DNA of 62,275 bases, filler included, from Platydemus manokwari (lineage: Eukaryota), in assembly GCA_037951405.1 (NCBI GenBank). It is 5 parts of 5 records of this genome, joined end to end, with 100 filler letters (N's around TTAATTAATTAA, not from the genome) between each part and the next. Parts side by side here need not be neighbours in the genome. Positions count along the whole stretch, not along the records: positions 1 to 14,978 come from JBBMOY011365870.1; positions 15,079 to 26,345 come from JBBMOY010805536.1; 3 more parts are not named here. One strand, given 5' to 3'. Shown here one piece after another: positions 13,449 through 24,723 of the stretch. The position numbers and the translations under genes are program-made. Under the pieces are notes generated by a model. The model did no database searches. It was not told the DNA's origin and worked only from the letters and a program-made list of their open reading frames with translations. Each line of letters starts with the position of its first letter. The stretch's first letter is position 1.

Positions 13449-14978
13449 ATGGAGCTATCATTTGCATTTAATATGCTTTTGAGAGATGACAAGCTGGGGC
13501 AAGAATTCAGCAGTTTCAAAAAGGCTGTTTCAAATGAAGAAATTGACAAATGGTTTTTAGAAAAATTTTTTCATGCCAAAACAGTATACGACAAGGTTGA
13601 AGATTTGGCAGCAATGCAACAAAGACCAGATGGAAAATATCGCAGTTTTGAAATTCGGGTAAAAAAGCTAGTTTCAGAAGCGTTTGAGAAGAAAAACACT
13701 CTTGAAGAAATTGCAAGATTATTTTTTCTACAAGGTCTAAATAGCAAGAAAATGAAAGAATCATTTACTCTCGATCCTGTAATGTCCGAAGATAGAAGAA
13801 GAGAGCTAGCTGTCAATTTTGAGAAGTTAACTCCGACGAAGTCCATAAACGACATTAAGAAGACATATGCTCAATTGGTATTTTAAAGTGACCCAAGAAA
13901 GATCTTTCAGAGGGATATTTCATTCAAAAAGCCAAGTTCAATTTTTGGTGTAAAGGATTATCATCGAGCACCAGTTAATCACATTGAATCTCAAAACAAT
14001 GAGAGACCAACTAGATCAATGAAAGCTATTGCCTATAAATTTTACAACGATTGTAGAGGAAGACAGACACCACGTGGTGATTTTTTGAAACCAGGTGCTT
14101 GTTTTTGCTGTGGTGAGCTTGGACACCGGAAGTTTGAATGTCCACTGCGGAATAAATGTTTGATATTCCGTAAAGAAAGACATTCGTCCAGAGAATGTCA
14201 TTTAGCCAGAAAGCCTAGTAACAATAGTCCGAGGAGAATATTGTGCATACATGACAAAGAAAATGAAGCCGATATTCAAACTGAAAGTGAAGCAAGTGAT
14301 TGTGTTAGCTCACTTTCCATGGAAGACAAAGAAAACTGAAATCAATCTCCTGTACCTATCTCGTCAGTGGGGTTGAGTCAATAGGACATATATCAGCTAG
14401 AGATAGAATAATAGTAAAGAAGGAAGACGGTAAGAGGAAGAGAAAGTATTCACAGATGTATCAGAAAGCAGATGGTAGACAGTGGAGTAAAATTGAATGC
14501 AACGGTACACATATTGATTCTGGTGCATCAATAACAGTAATGAACGAGAGCAGCCTATAAATTAAGAAACCAAAATTCATGAATTGATAGAAAATCTTCT
14601 CGAAAGTAATGTCATAACACCTTACAAGAGCCTTTGGAACTCTCCTCTGGTCGTGGTTCCTAAAAAAGATGGATCGATCAGGATGTGTTTAGACTTCAGG
14701 AAATTAAACGAACAGACTAAGAAGTTTTCTTTTCCGGTACCTGACATTCAAACGTTATTGGACTCAGTGTATGCAGCGACAGTTTTCTCTACGATAGATT
14801 TAGGCCAAGCATATTATCAGGTTGAACTTGAGGAAGATTCTAAAATGATAACGGCTTTCAGCACTAGAACTGGGAAGTTCTGTTTTAACAGACTACCTTT
14901 TGGATTATGTACCGCACCAGCAACGTTTCAGAGTCTAATGAATACTATATTCAAGGACTTGATATACAAAGGCGTTCT
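13449..14978 (+). mobile_element. Ty3/gypsy LTR retrotransposon (gag-protease-RT), disrupted and truncated by an assembly gap
   Basis: Gag-like ORF 13449-13886; CCHC knuckle CFCCGELGHRKFEC plus a degenerate second knuckle in ORF 14019-14339; aspartic protease motif IDSGASITVM at 14513-14542; RT N-terminus WNSPLVVVPKKDGSIRMCLDFRKLN...FSTIDLGQAYYQ...TAFST...LPFGLCTAPATFQ at 14584-14978. Confidence 0.93.
14584..14978 (+). pseudogene. pol: Reverse transcriptase fragment of the Ty3/gypsy element
   Basis: Canonical Ty3/gypsy RT motifs; runs into the N gap just before the expected YxDD motif. Confidence 0.9.
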
Positions 14979-15078
14979 NNNNNNNNNNNNNNNNNNNNNN
15001 NNNNNNNNNNNNNNNNNNNNNNTTAATTAATTAANNNNNNNNNNNNNNNNNNNNNNNNNNNNNNNNNNNNNNNNNNNN
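14979..15078. other. Assembly gap with artificial TTAATTAATTAA linker (also at 26346-26445, 38651-38750, 49670-49769); plain N gap at 44242-44373
   Basis: The same 44N + TTAATTAATTAA + 44N pattern occurs four times; the 12-mer places stop codons in all six frames. Confidence 0.97.
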
Positions 15079-18049
15079 AATCAACAAACCATTTTTCTTA
15101 TGGCCAGTGACATCTGTTACAAAAACCGGAAAGGAATTACCGACACACCTGGTATATTAACTCGCTACTGTCACAAATTCCAATCATAAAATACCTGCTT
15201 AGATTCATATCAATATTAAAGTACCAATCACTATTTATACTGAGTCGGTTTATTATCAAGCTAAATTTTACTTAATTTGTTTCGTTATTTTTACTTAATA
15301 TTATTCCTAATTAGCACAATTAACAGACTCCACCATTTAGTGTCCCATATATTTTTTCCACAACTATTAAATCTAGCATTTTTTTTCTTTTCAGTTTCTG
15401 TTTGCAAACAGGTTCTTTGAATATTTCAATGAATCTTTGATTGGAATCAATCAATTGATTCTTTATTTCCACAAGACATTCTCTTGCAATAAAAAATTAA
15501 CAAATAATAGTTGTTCTTTTGATTTTTAAAGCTGTCTATGATGGATCGTCTCAACGGCTGAAAAATGGTAAAATACTGACCAATCAAATGTCATATTTAA
15601 ATATTTTAAAAAATATATTAATAATTTTTTTTCAGTTTGTAAAGAATTCAATAAAAATGTGACAATACGGTATCCATCAATATTCTAACGTACAAATGGA
15701 TAATTAATTAGTTTAGTATTATTGAGATTAATGATACAAGTATTATATTGATATCAAAAAATATATGTACCGGTAAATTCGTCCCATTAAATATAAATTC
15801 TCCAAAATTTTTTATTGTTGACCCATCTTGATTTTTCGTTATTTCGTTACGATTTATATTTTCCAATGATATATTTCCTCTAAATATTTCGTTGTATTTA
15901 CTAAATATTATTATTTTCAAATCTATCTTTTAAATAAATATCCTGAAACTCACCCGAACATTCTTAAAGTTATTCTAATTAGACATCCATCGTACGAGTG
16001 GTAACAATCATTATTAAAGCTACCTCGCAAATCGAAATTTTCTAATTTTATGATTATTTTAAAATCATGATAGGATTCACAGTTTTTGGCCTGAATATAA
16101 ATTATTTTAGATAACATTTCATATAATTTTTAAATACCAGAAAAATTAAAATGCTGATTATCCATATGACCATAATTAATTCAAATCTGATCGAATCGCG
16201 TTACTATTTCATTATTATTATGATTTTTATGATTTATAAATCATGTGATTACGAGATGTGATCTACAGTGATTTTATAATTTCAACGACATTTATTTATA
16301 ATATTATGATTATAATTATAATAATAATTATTATATTAAATATTTTGAGTTAATGTTATTCCATCACCTTTATGTGCAATGACTTTTTAATGAAACCAAC
16401 AAATTTTGGAATTTACTCTTTATATTTGGAAATTAAGATATTAAATAAATTATAATTTTAATATTATCTTTGTTTCTAGATTATTTCGCTAAATTATAAA
16501 TGTATATTAAATGTTTATAAGTGTATTAAAGAACTGAAATTCAATTTCATATATTTATCCACAACAAATAATCAACTCTACAAACACATCACACCATGTT
16601 ACAAGTTCCCTAAGCTCAAGCCAAGAGTAATAGAGATTATCGTAAAGAAATGAGGTCTGCACTCACAAGACAAAAACACATACAATTTTGGAACAAAACC
16701 ATTGACATTTTTGATCCTTGATCCAACTTCATATATGTAGTCTATTTTTATGTGTGTTAACTGATGTACTGTTTCTTGATTTTCATTAGATATTGAAACT
16801 TTGTTACTTGTTTGTTGGTATCCATCAATTTACTACTCACAATCCTATCGGTTATTTGAAAGCCTATTGTTTACTGTGTATGTTTGATTAATTCTTAAAC
16901 ATTTCAGGATTTATCAAAAACCCTACGTAATAATAAGATTAATATTTAGTATCATTAAAGTTTAAAAAATTATAATTGAATGGTCATTTTCGTTCTTCAA
17001 ATATAATATTTTAATTTTCTAAAGTCTCTAAAATAATATGAAATAATAGTGTGTGTGTGTGTGTGTAGACAGATAGATAGAGAGATAAATAGATAGAGAA
17101 CAGAGAGAGCAGAGATTATTTGTATTTAGTCGCTCTCCTTATTTGAGAAATAAAATTTTGAAAATATGACTTGCTTAGTCTGTGAGAGTCGACATAAAAA
17201 AGCCTTCGCAATTTCCATGAATTTCGGCATAATAGTAAAATTTGAAAGTCAATTACTGATTATATTATTATTTAAGAAATATTATTAAGAAATAATATTA
17301 TTTATCATATTATTTAAGAAAATTTGAACTTATTAGTATTTATTACTGTTATTAGTAATACAATTATTTTATATTTTATCGTGATATATATACTTTAATA
17401 TCATACGATATATATAAGTTTATATTGATTGAGGTCGAAAATTTGCAAAATACAAATACAATTTCCGATCATGTTATTGACCCTTAAGCTGATCAAGGTT
17501 TCGCAATGTTCGGTTGAACTAAAAACTTCACCATCTCAATGCACACATATTATACTTGTAAAAATTAATAATAATTGTTCTAGATAAAAGACATTTATTC
17601 TTTAAATTATTAAATTGACCTGGTTATGGAAAATTATACACAAATCAATTGATCAAATATGATCAAATGGTTTATCGTGTGTCACACAATATCTTTAAGA
17701 CTTTTTAAAATTTGATTTGAAGATTTAATCAAATTATATTTGGAAATATATTTCGAGGTTTCACCACTATTCATGCATATACAAATACATTTCTCGTTGA
17801 CTTATGTAAAATTCTTACATTTATAGCAGCACAGAGAACATTAAATAAACCAATATAAGCATCAATAATCAAGAAACAAAACGCAAGAGAAATAAAATAA
17901 TAGAATATTAGACACAAAATTTTTGATAAGAAGATCCAAACTAAAACAACCAACAAAACTTCATTGGTCCATACGTAGGCTGTTTCCAGTTTCCACGGTT
18001 TTTACCTTATGGAAAGAAGGTATCTGAAGCCAACTGCATGTATCTAATA

Positions 18050-18277
18050 CAGGAGTCTCCAAAGTACGGCCCGCCAAGCTTACTATGAAACACACGAACA
18101 TTATGACAAAAATCTTGCTATAGGTCACGGTTGTCTGATGAACATTTAAATGACTTATTAATAATTTCAACTACTCATTTTGAACCACAATTTTTGTAAA
18201 CCTATCATAGTTTTGGCCCTCCAAATTTTAAAAAATCAGCAATGTAGCCCTTTGCTGAAAAAGTTTGGAGACCCCTG
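18050..18277. mobile_element. Non-autonomous hAT (Buster/Charlie-type) MITE, 228 bp
   Basis: Left end CAGGAGTCTCCAAAGTACGGCCCGC, right end AGTTTGGAGACCCCTG (16-bp TIR, 2 mismatches). The 8-bp flanks ATCTAATA / ATATATGT both fit nnnTAnnn but are diverged. Confidence 0.8.
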
Positions 18278-19342
18278 ATATATGTGATTATTAATTTCTT
18301 TGTTGATTAGGTCGAATCACAGTAGTAGATTATTTGATGATGGTCAGTAAATTTAATTTCATATTCATATTCAACATCAAGTTTTTAATTCACATTTCGT
18401 TTTGGTTGCTTATAACGAACGTCCGATATTTAAACTGCAGAAATTGAAATAGTTAATTATTGATGAATCTACGAGATGCTAAGATCAACTCTGTGCTAAT
18501 AAATTAAGCTACACATATATTAGGTATTAAAATTATTGACATTTTAAATAAAGAATATTGTTCACGGAACAGTAGTCATAGTGGTTAAGTTCAAAACAGT
18601 TACGATACGAATATAGTAAAATTTTACTATTTTAGTATGTGCGCTGTGGACAGAAGCTTGAGAGACCGAACGGATACAGTGACCTCAATTCATTTAAATT
18701 CAGCTATCAAGTTTCATCGGATATAAATAAAGTCAAAACAAACTGTGGGAAACAACCCAGAGACCATTAAAATGTTATATATGAAACAAAACAAGTTTGA
18801 CAATTTTTTGAATTATAAACAATAATATTGGTAACAAAATTTACTAACAATAAATTAAATTTTTACAAAAAAGATATTGGAAAAATCAATATAAAAATCA
18901 TAATTTTGCGAAATTGTTTCAATAAATAAATTTTGCAATAATAACAAAGATAAAACAATTATAAGGCTCATTTTTTTCAAAAACAGACAGGGAGACAAAA
19001 ATGAAAGCAGATGTTTCTAAATATAGAATGCTAAATATAGAACATTCATCAAAAATTAACAGTTAAATATGCTAACAAAGCATTACAAATATAGAAACTA
19101 ACTGATAAAGATCACAAACAAATGTGATTCATATAACAGTATTGTTGGCTTCTTATGGGTTTTATAAAAATGTTATGAATAAGAAATTTATAAATAGAAT
19201 ACCAACAAATATAAATAAAATTATTATTATTATTATAAGGCGATAACTGACTCCAAATAGACTAGTAGGTGCTACTTAATAAGACATTATTAAAATTGTT
19301 ACAATTATAAATTAATAAATAATAAAATTAATAGACGGCATG

Positions 19343-19871
19343 CCGTATTTTCCCTATTATAAGCGGTCGCTTATATTATTTTCCGTCGAGAAAAGTGGAG
19401 TACCGCTTATGTTATTTTACCGATTACTTAAAAATCATAATATATTTTTATTATAATATTTCCAATATTTAAAACAGTTTCAGGTATTTTAATCAAATAC
19501 AGTTAAATCGTCCTCTTCTGCTACATCTTCAAAGAAAATAAGATTTTGAACACTCTCAATTAATTCCTGTGAATTAAGTTTATCTTTTATTAGTGGTCCT
19601 AATCTCTCATTTTTTGCTAAGAAGCTTTCTTCGAATGAAGCCGACTTGTCTAGATAGACAGCCTTCAAAGCTTTTTTGACACAGTTATCATTAATTTAAG
19701 CTCAGGCATTACTAACCCACTTGGCTATTTCTTGTAGATTTGGTTTTACAAAGTTCCCCTTTTCATTTCTCATAATTTTCTTCTCAACGTATATAGTATT
19801 ACCAATTTATACAGTATTTATATTTACTACCGCTTATATTCGGAGGGCCGCTTATAATAGGAAAAACACGG
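19343..19871 (-). mobile_element. Internally deleted pogo/Tc2-type DNA transposon
   Basis: 24-bp TIRs CCGTATTTTCCCTATTATAAGCGG (19343-19366) and CCGCTTATAATAGGAAAAACACGG (19848-19871), 22/24 match, TA on the right flank, subterminal CGCTTATA repeats. The minus strand keeps the transposase C-terminus RNEKGNFVKPNLQEIAKWVSNA*A*INDNCVKKALK...EEDDLTVFD*. Confidence 0.85.
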
Positions 19872-20699
19872 TAATAATTATTTAAATGAAGCAACAACTC
19901 GGATTTTAATTACATGATTTTTATAGGATTCTATTGTTTCTATAGAGATAAATTTTATTCTTATGTGCTTTCGTCACAAGAATCCTTGTTGAATAATATA
20001 TTGAGGATTGGGGCTAGATATTCCAGCAACCCATCTTGTTTAGATAAATTTGCGTTACAAAGTTAGATTTGATTAACTGAATGATTGGACTGGTGTCAGT
20101 CCATTTAAAGTTAAGTTAATTAAAATTCCATACATTCATTTCGACATTAATAATTATAAAAGCCATTTTAACAAATCAAAATTACTTGATAGTATAAATC
20201 AATATAGATGACAAAATAATAATAATATTTTTTCAGTTAATTTCTCCTTGTTTATATACACTTATTCACTTTCAATAAATCGATTTTCTGTTCATTAGAA
20301 TCTGTTCCTCACAAATAAAAAAATCCATTTATAATTTTCTGTAGATTTCTTTAAAAATACTTCTTTGTAAATTTCGAACTGATTAGACAATAGAAGCAAT
20401 GACGTTAGTTTTTCTGAAATTGTCGTATTATAGCAATTTAAGTTTTTGCAACATTGGGTGCGGTACTGCTATTTTTTGGATATATTTATACGTTTTATCA
20501 TTTCTTTGTTTGGTTATACTTCTATTTTTGTACATATTAATTTAAAATTTATTATTTTCCGATACTATTTTTTGTTGTTTAATTCCATTTTTTCAAATTA
20601 GAATTTGATCATCACTATTTTTATTTTCGGATGTATTTTTAGGTTTTTCTTACAAAAGTTTTGTATAAAGTATTGTTTTTGTCTGTGGTGGTGTCTCGT

Positions 20700-21050
20700 A
20701 CCCCACAGTATATAAGCAGTGAACAAGAGTCACATTTCGCATAAATCTTTTCATGTAAAGTTACCTAAACACGTTCTTAAACTTCATTATGATTTGAAAA
20801 TTTGTTACAACCACATTATCGCTAGAGACGATGCATAAAATGTAGGAGGTAAGTCAAGATAATTACAGGATTTTTATATAAACTTTTGGTTAACGCAATG
20901 TCTAGTGCTGCTCATCTCGTCTGCATGCGAGTATTAGAATCGATTGAGGCGAAAGAACATCAAATGTTAAGATTGGGTCATCAGAATTGAGGAGAACCGA
21001 TTAGTCAGGGACATTAGTCTCAGGTGTTAAAGATAATAATAATAATAATT
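20700..21050 (+). mobile_element. Possible 3' end of a non-LTR retrotransposon ending in an (AAT)n tail
   Basis: GC-richer stop-interrupted stretch that ends abruptly in GATAATAATAATAATAAT at ~21032-21049; no diagnostic motif. Confidence 0.3.
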
Positions 21051-21967
21051 ATTATTATTATTATTAAACAAGAACCCCAATTTTAAAACAAATAGAATTA
21101 CAAACAAAAGATATTTAAAATAATAATTACGCCAATGCAACTGAAAATGGTAGTTCAGTTCCCATTGGTAATTCTTTAAACTAAAGATGAATTTATTTTC
21201 TACCAAGCAGGAAAATTAATGAAATACGTAATGTCATATGAAAGCCCTAATTGGTACATCTTATAGCAAATTAATAATTCATTTCAATTCATGATTATAC
21301 ATCCCACCATTTATTAAAATTGGTAAAACACGAATTCGCCAATTATTTAATTCAAGGGAATTACTATAATAAGTCAATAATTTGTTCAACAAGTTATTTC
21401 ATCATCTAAGTGCCTAGTAACGGATAAAATTAAATAGCATGTGACTGTTTTTTAAGTTACTGGTAGTATCAGCGATCTTGTTCACTCAAGAGTGATTTGG
21501 TTTAAATAAATAATTTCAACAACTTGAAAAATATCATTCTACTAAGTGTAAGTCATGAAAATAAACTATTACGAATATTTTAAACCATTTATATTGCTTT
21601 ATTTTAAGTTCAATTTTATTTATTTTACCGGTACATGGTTTAATTAATCAAAAAGGAAGTTATTCCAGTGATTTGATTTTTATTATTAGTCATTATAAGT
21701 TTTTATTCTTGATAATAATATTTATAAGAATCACATTAATGATAATAAATAATATTACTGAAGAAAATGATTATTATAATAATTTCTAAATTAATAAATT
21801 TCAATTTAATATTAAAAAATTCAAAACATCAAACATAAACATTTCTGCATTCATTTATTATTAAAATTATCAGATATTTTCGATGTGTTTGAACCAATTA
21901 ATAGTCAAGATCAGTCAATCAAAATAAATCAGATTCAAATGTTAAGAAATTAACCAGAAAGATCTCC

Positions 21968-23426
21968 CTAGAAGTGATATTCACCTATTTCTTCTAAATT
22001 ATCATTAGCGGCTTCTTCATAATCTTTCTCTAAGGAACCGATATCTTCCCTAGCATCCAAAAATTCACCCTCTTCCATTCCTTCACCAATATACCAATGG
22101 ACGAATGCCCTTCTACGATACATCAGATCGAATTGCTTATCTAATCTACGCCAAGCTTCAACAATAGCTGTTGTATTACTAAGCATACATGCGGCTCTGT
22201 TGGTTTTACCCAAATGGCTTCCTTGGATAATTGAAGGGGCCTGTGGATTTACACCAACTTTAAAACCTGTCGGACACCAATCAACAAATTGAATTGATCT
22301 TCTCGCTTGGACAGCTGAGATGGCAGCATTAACATCTTTTGGAGTAACATCACCTCTATAAAGCATACAGCATGACATATATTTACCGCTTCGTGAATCA
22401 CATTTTACCATTTGATTTGATGATTCGAAGCAAGAATTGGTTATATCATACACGCTATACTGTTGATGTTCAATAGCATGTTCTGACATCAAAGGAGCGT
22501 AAGACGTCATCGGAAAATGAATTCTTGGAAATGGAACCAAATTGGTTTGAAATTCAGTTAAGTCGATATTTAGTGAACCATCAAATCTCAAAGAAAGAGT
22601 AATCGAACTAACAATTTGACTAATCAGCCGATTGAGATTTTCGTAAATTGGCCGGTCGATATTTAAACTCTTTTTACAGATATCATAAATAGCCTCATTA
22701 TCGACTATGAATGCACAGTCAGAGTGATCTATTGTTGAGTGAGTTGTTAGAATTGAATTGTAAGGTTCCACAACCGATGTTGAAATTCTTGGCGCTGGAT
22801 AGACAGAAAACTGCAATTTCGATTTCTTTCCATAATCAGTACTCAAATGTTCCATGAGTAAAGAAGTGAATCCTGATCCCGTTCCTCCTCCAAATGAATG
22901 GAAAATTAAAAATCCTTGCAAACCACTGCAGTGATCGGTTAATTTTCGAATTTGATCCAATACTGGATCGATCATTTCTCTACCAATCGAATAATGTCCT
23001 CTGGCGAAATTATTGGCTGCATCTTCTTTCCCGGCAAGTAATTGATCTGGATGGAATAATCTTCGGTACTTTCCCGATCTTATTTGATCTTCATTAAGAT
23101 CGATTAAATAAACAGAATAGTTTTCAATTATCAAGCCTACCAATGACAGTCGATTCCAAATCGACAAAAATTGCCCTCGGTACGTGTTTACCGGCTTCTG
23201 TTTCGCTGAAGAAAGTATCAAAAGGATCTTCAGATTTTCCCAAATTCTTTGAGTTGGGTATATGGCCGTCTGATTCGATCCCGTGCTCCAGGCAGTATAA
23301 TTCCCAACAACTGTTACCCATCTGGATTCCAGCTTGTCCAACATGAACACTAATGCATTCTCTCTGGAATAAAAATTCGAAATTAAAACCTATATCAAAC
23401 ATCTTTAGAGTTAAAATTCCAACCAT
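21968..23426 (-). CDS. TUBA: Alpha-tubulin, divergent isoform, 3 exons, about 448 aa
   Basis: Exons 23426-23424 (ATG only), 23363-23141 ([12 protein letters not shown]...ESTVI) and 23088-21968, with GT-AG introns of 60 and 52 nt at the conserved alpha-tubulin positions. Motifs [38 protein letters not shown]-terminus EEIGEYHF*. Confidence 0.97.
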
Positions 23427-24285
23427 TTCTAATAATTGAAATAATGAATCTAAGACAATGATATCTGATTTATATATTTTATCATTCTTGATTATAAAAT
23501 ATAATTCAATATAATAAAATAAATCTAAAAGAACTTTGCCGCAAACAATTTTGAAAACAATGCCAACTTATCAACCGACTAGAGATTGTACAAATCGATA
23601 TGTTATACCATTATTGATAATAACCGAGGTAATGCTGATATCGAATTATAATAATCGAGTTATACCAATCTCGGACGAGAGATAATGCTAATAGGAGTTC
23701 ATATCATTTCGTATTGATATAACAAAAAGACTTTCTCAAAGCCATATTGAAATTATTTTTGTGATTTTAAGGAATGATAAAAGTTTTCTCAATTAATTTT
23801 GAATAAAAACTATTTGACGATTTGCCAGCGCTTAATCCTCTGGTTTCAAGTTTCTGTCATTTTATGACATTATTGTTTTGTGGATTTTAAATATAATTAA
23901 TTATTTATATTTTCAGGTCAATGACGGGCGTGTGGATTTAAAAATTTTGATTAAAAAACTACTTGATAAATTAATATTGTTATATAAGCTAGTATTTTAT
24001 TATATAAATACAGAATTAAAACAGGATTAAACCATAATATTTATTCAATGGAAACAAATTATTTAAAATATAAAATTGATTTTTACAGGACAGCCTAAAA
24101 CATGACAATATAAGGTAAAATAAAATATCGTTTACGTACTTTATATAATAAATTTTTAAATTTGATTAGAGAAATTTTTGTGTAATTTTGTATAATATTT
24201 TTAACTATTAACACTGCTTGATAATATGTACTTTATATAATAATTATAATTAATTATAAAATAATTATTATTTTTAATTTATTAT

Positions 24286-24328
24286 CAGATTGAGCTACTA
24301 TCATCCATCATACACGTAGCTCAATCTG
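24286..24328. repeat. Perfect 13-bp hairpin at the start of the hammerhead repeat
   Basis: CAGATTGAGCTAC (24286-24298) / GTAGCTCAATCTG (24316-24328), 17-nt loop. The stem is conserved in copy B while the loop diverges. Confidence 0.9.
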
Positions 24329-24542
24329 TCATCCATTATGAATTGGATTTTTCATTCTCCGAAGGGATTTATCCTGACGGCACTAATGCGTCGAAATTTA
24401 TTGCCTGTCAGCGTTTTAAAATCCCGTCGAGTTCTGCTTGAATTTCTAGCCGCAATATAGTAATCCTGTGTTTTGGGTTTCTTGATGAATTGGTCTCAAA
24501 ATTATTAAACAAACTGATAGTTATTTTCTAGATTTCCTTTAA

Positions 24543-24598
24543 TCCTATCTGCCTTTGATCCGGGGCACTAATGAGGCCCATGGAAGGCCGAAATAGGA
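24543..24598 (+). ncRNA. Type III hammerhead ribozyme fold 1 (core G5A variant, probably inactive)
   Basis: Stem III TCCTAT/ATAGGA, AUC cleavage triplet (C at 24549), stem I TGCCTT-tgatcc-GGGGCA, core CTAATGA (CUGAUGA with G5A), stem II GGCC-catggaa-GGCC, GAAA. Confidence 0.85.
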
Positions 24599-24667
24599 CT
24601 CTATCATCATCAGAAGACCACAATCATGATCATTATAGCCATCGTTCTTGAAGGTTCCAAGGGATCT

Positions 24668-24723
24668 TCCTATATATCTCTGAACCGGGGTACTGATGAG
24701 ACCTATGAAAGGCCGAAATAAGA
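24668..24723 (+). ncRNA. Type III hammerhead ribozyme fold 2 (intact catalytic core)
   Basis: Stem III TCCTAT/ATAAGA (1 mismatch), AUA cleavage triplet (A at 24674), stem I TATCTC-tgaacc-GGGGTA, core CTGATGA (24693-24699), stem II GACCT-atgaa-AGGCC (1 mismatch), GAAA (24715-24718). Confidence 0.88.

Noticed and set aside
15023-15034. Palindromic TTAATTAATTAA recurring four times (15023, 26390, 38695, 49714)
   Set aside because: Always centred in a 100-bp N gap; an artificial six-frame-stop contig linker, not biology. Distances across these gaps are unreliable.
23089-23350. N-terminal part of the 460-aa ORF ([11 protein letters not shown]...)
   Set aside because: Out-of-frame read-through of tubulin exon 2 and intron 2; the true N-terminus is MRECIS via splicing.
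24360-24430. Possible further (type I) hammerhead: GGGATTT...CTGACGGCACTAATGCGTCGAAA...AAATCCC
   Set aside because: It can fold, but has no intact CUGANGA core or proper stem III, and is largely deleted in copy B; at best a decayed structure.
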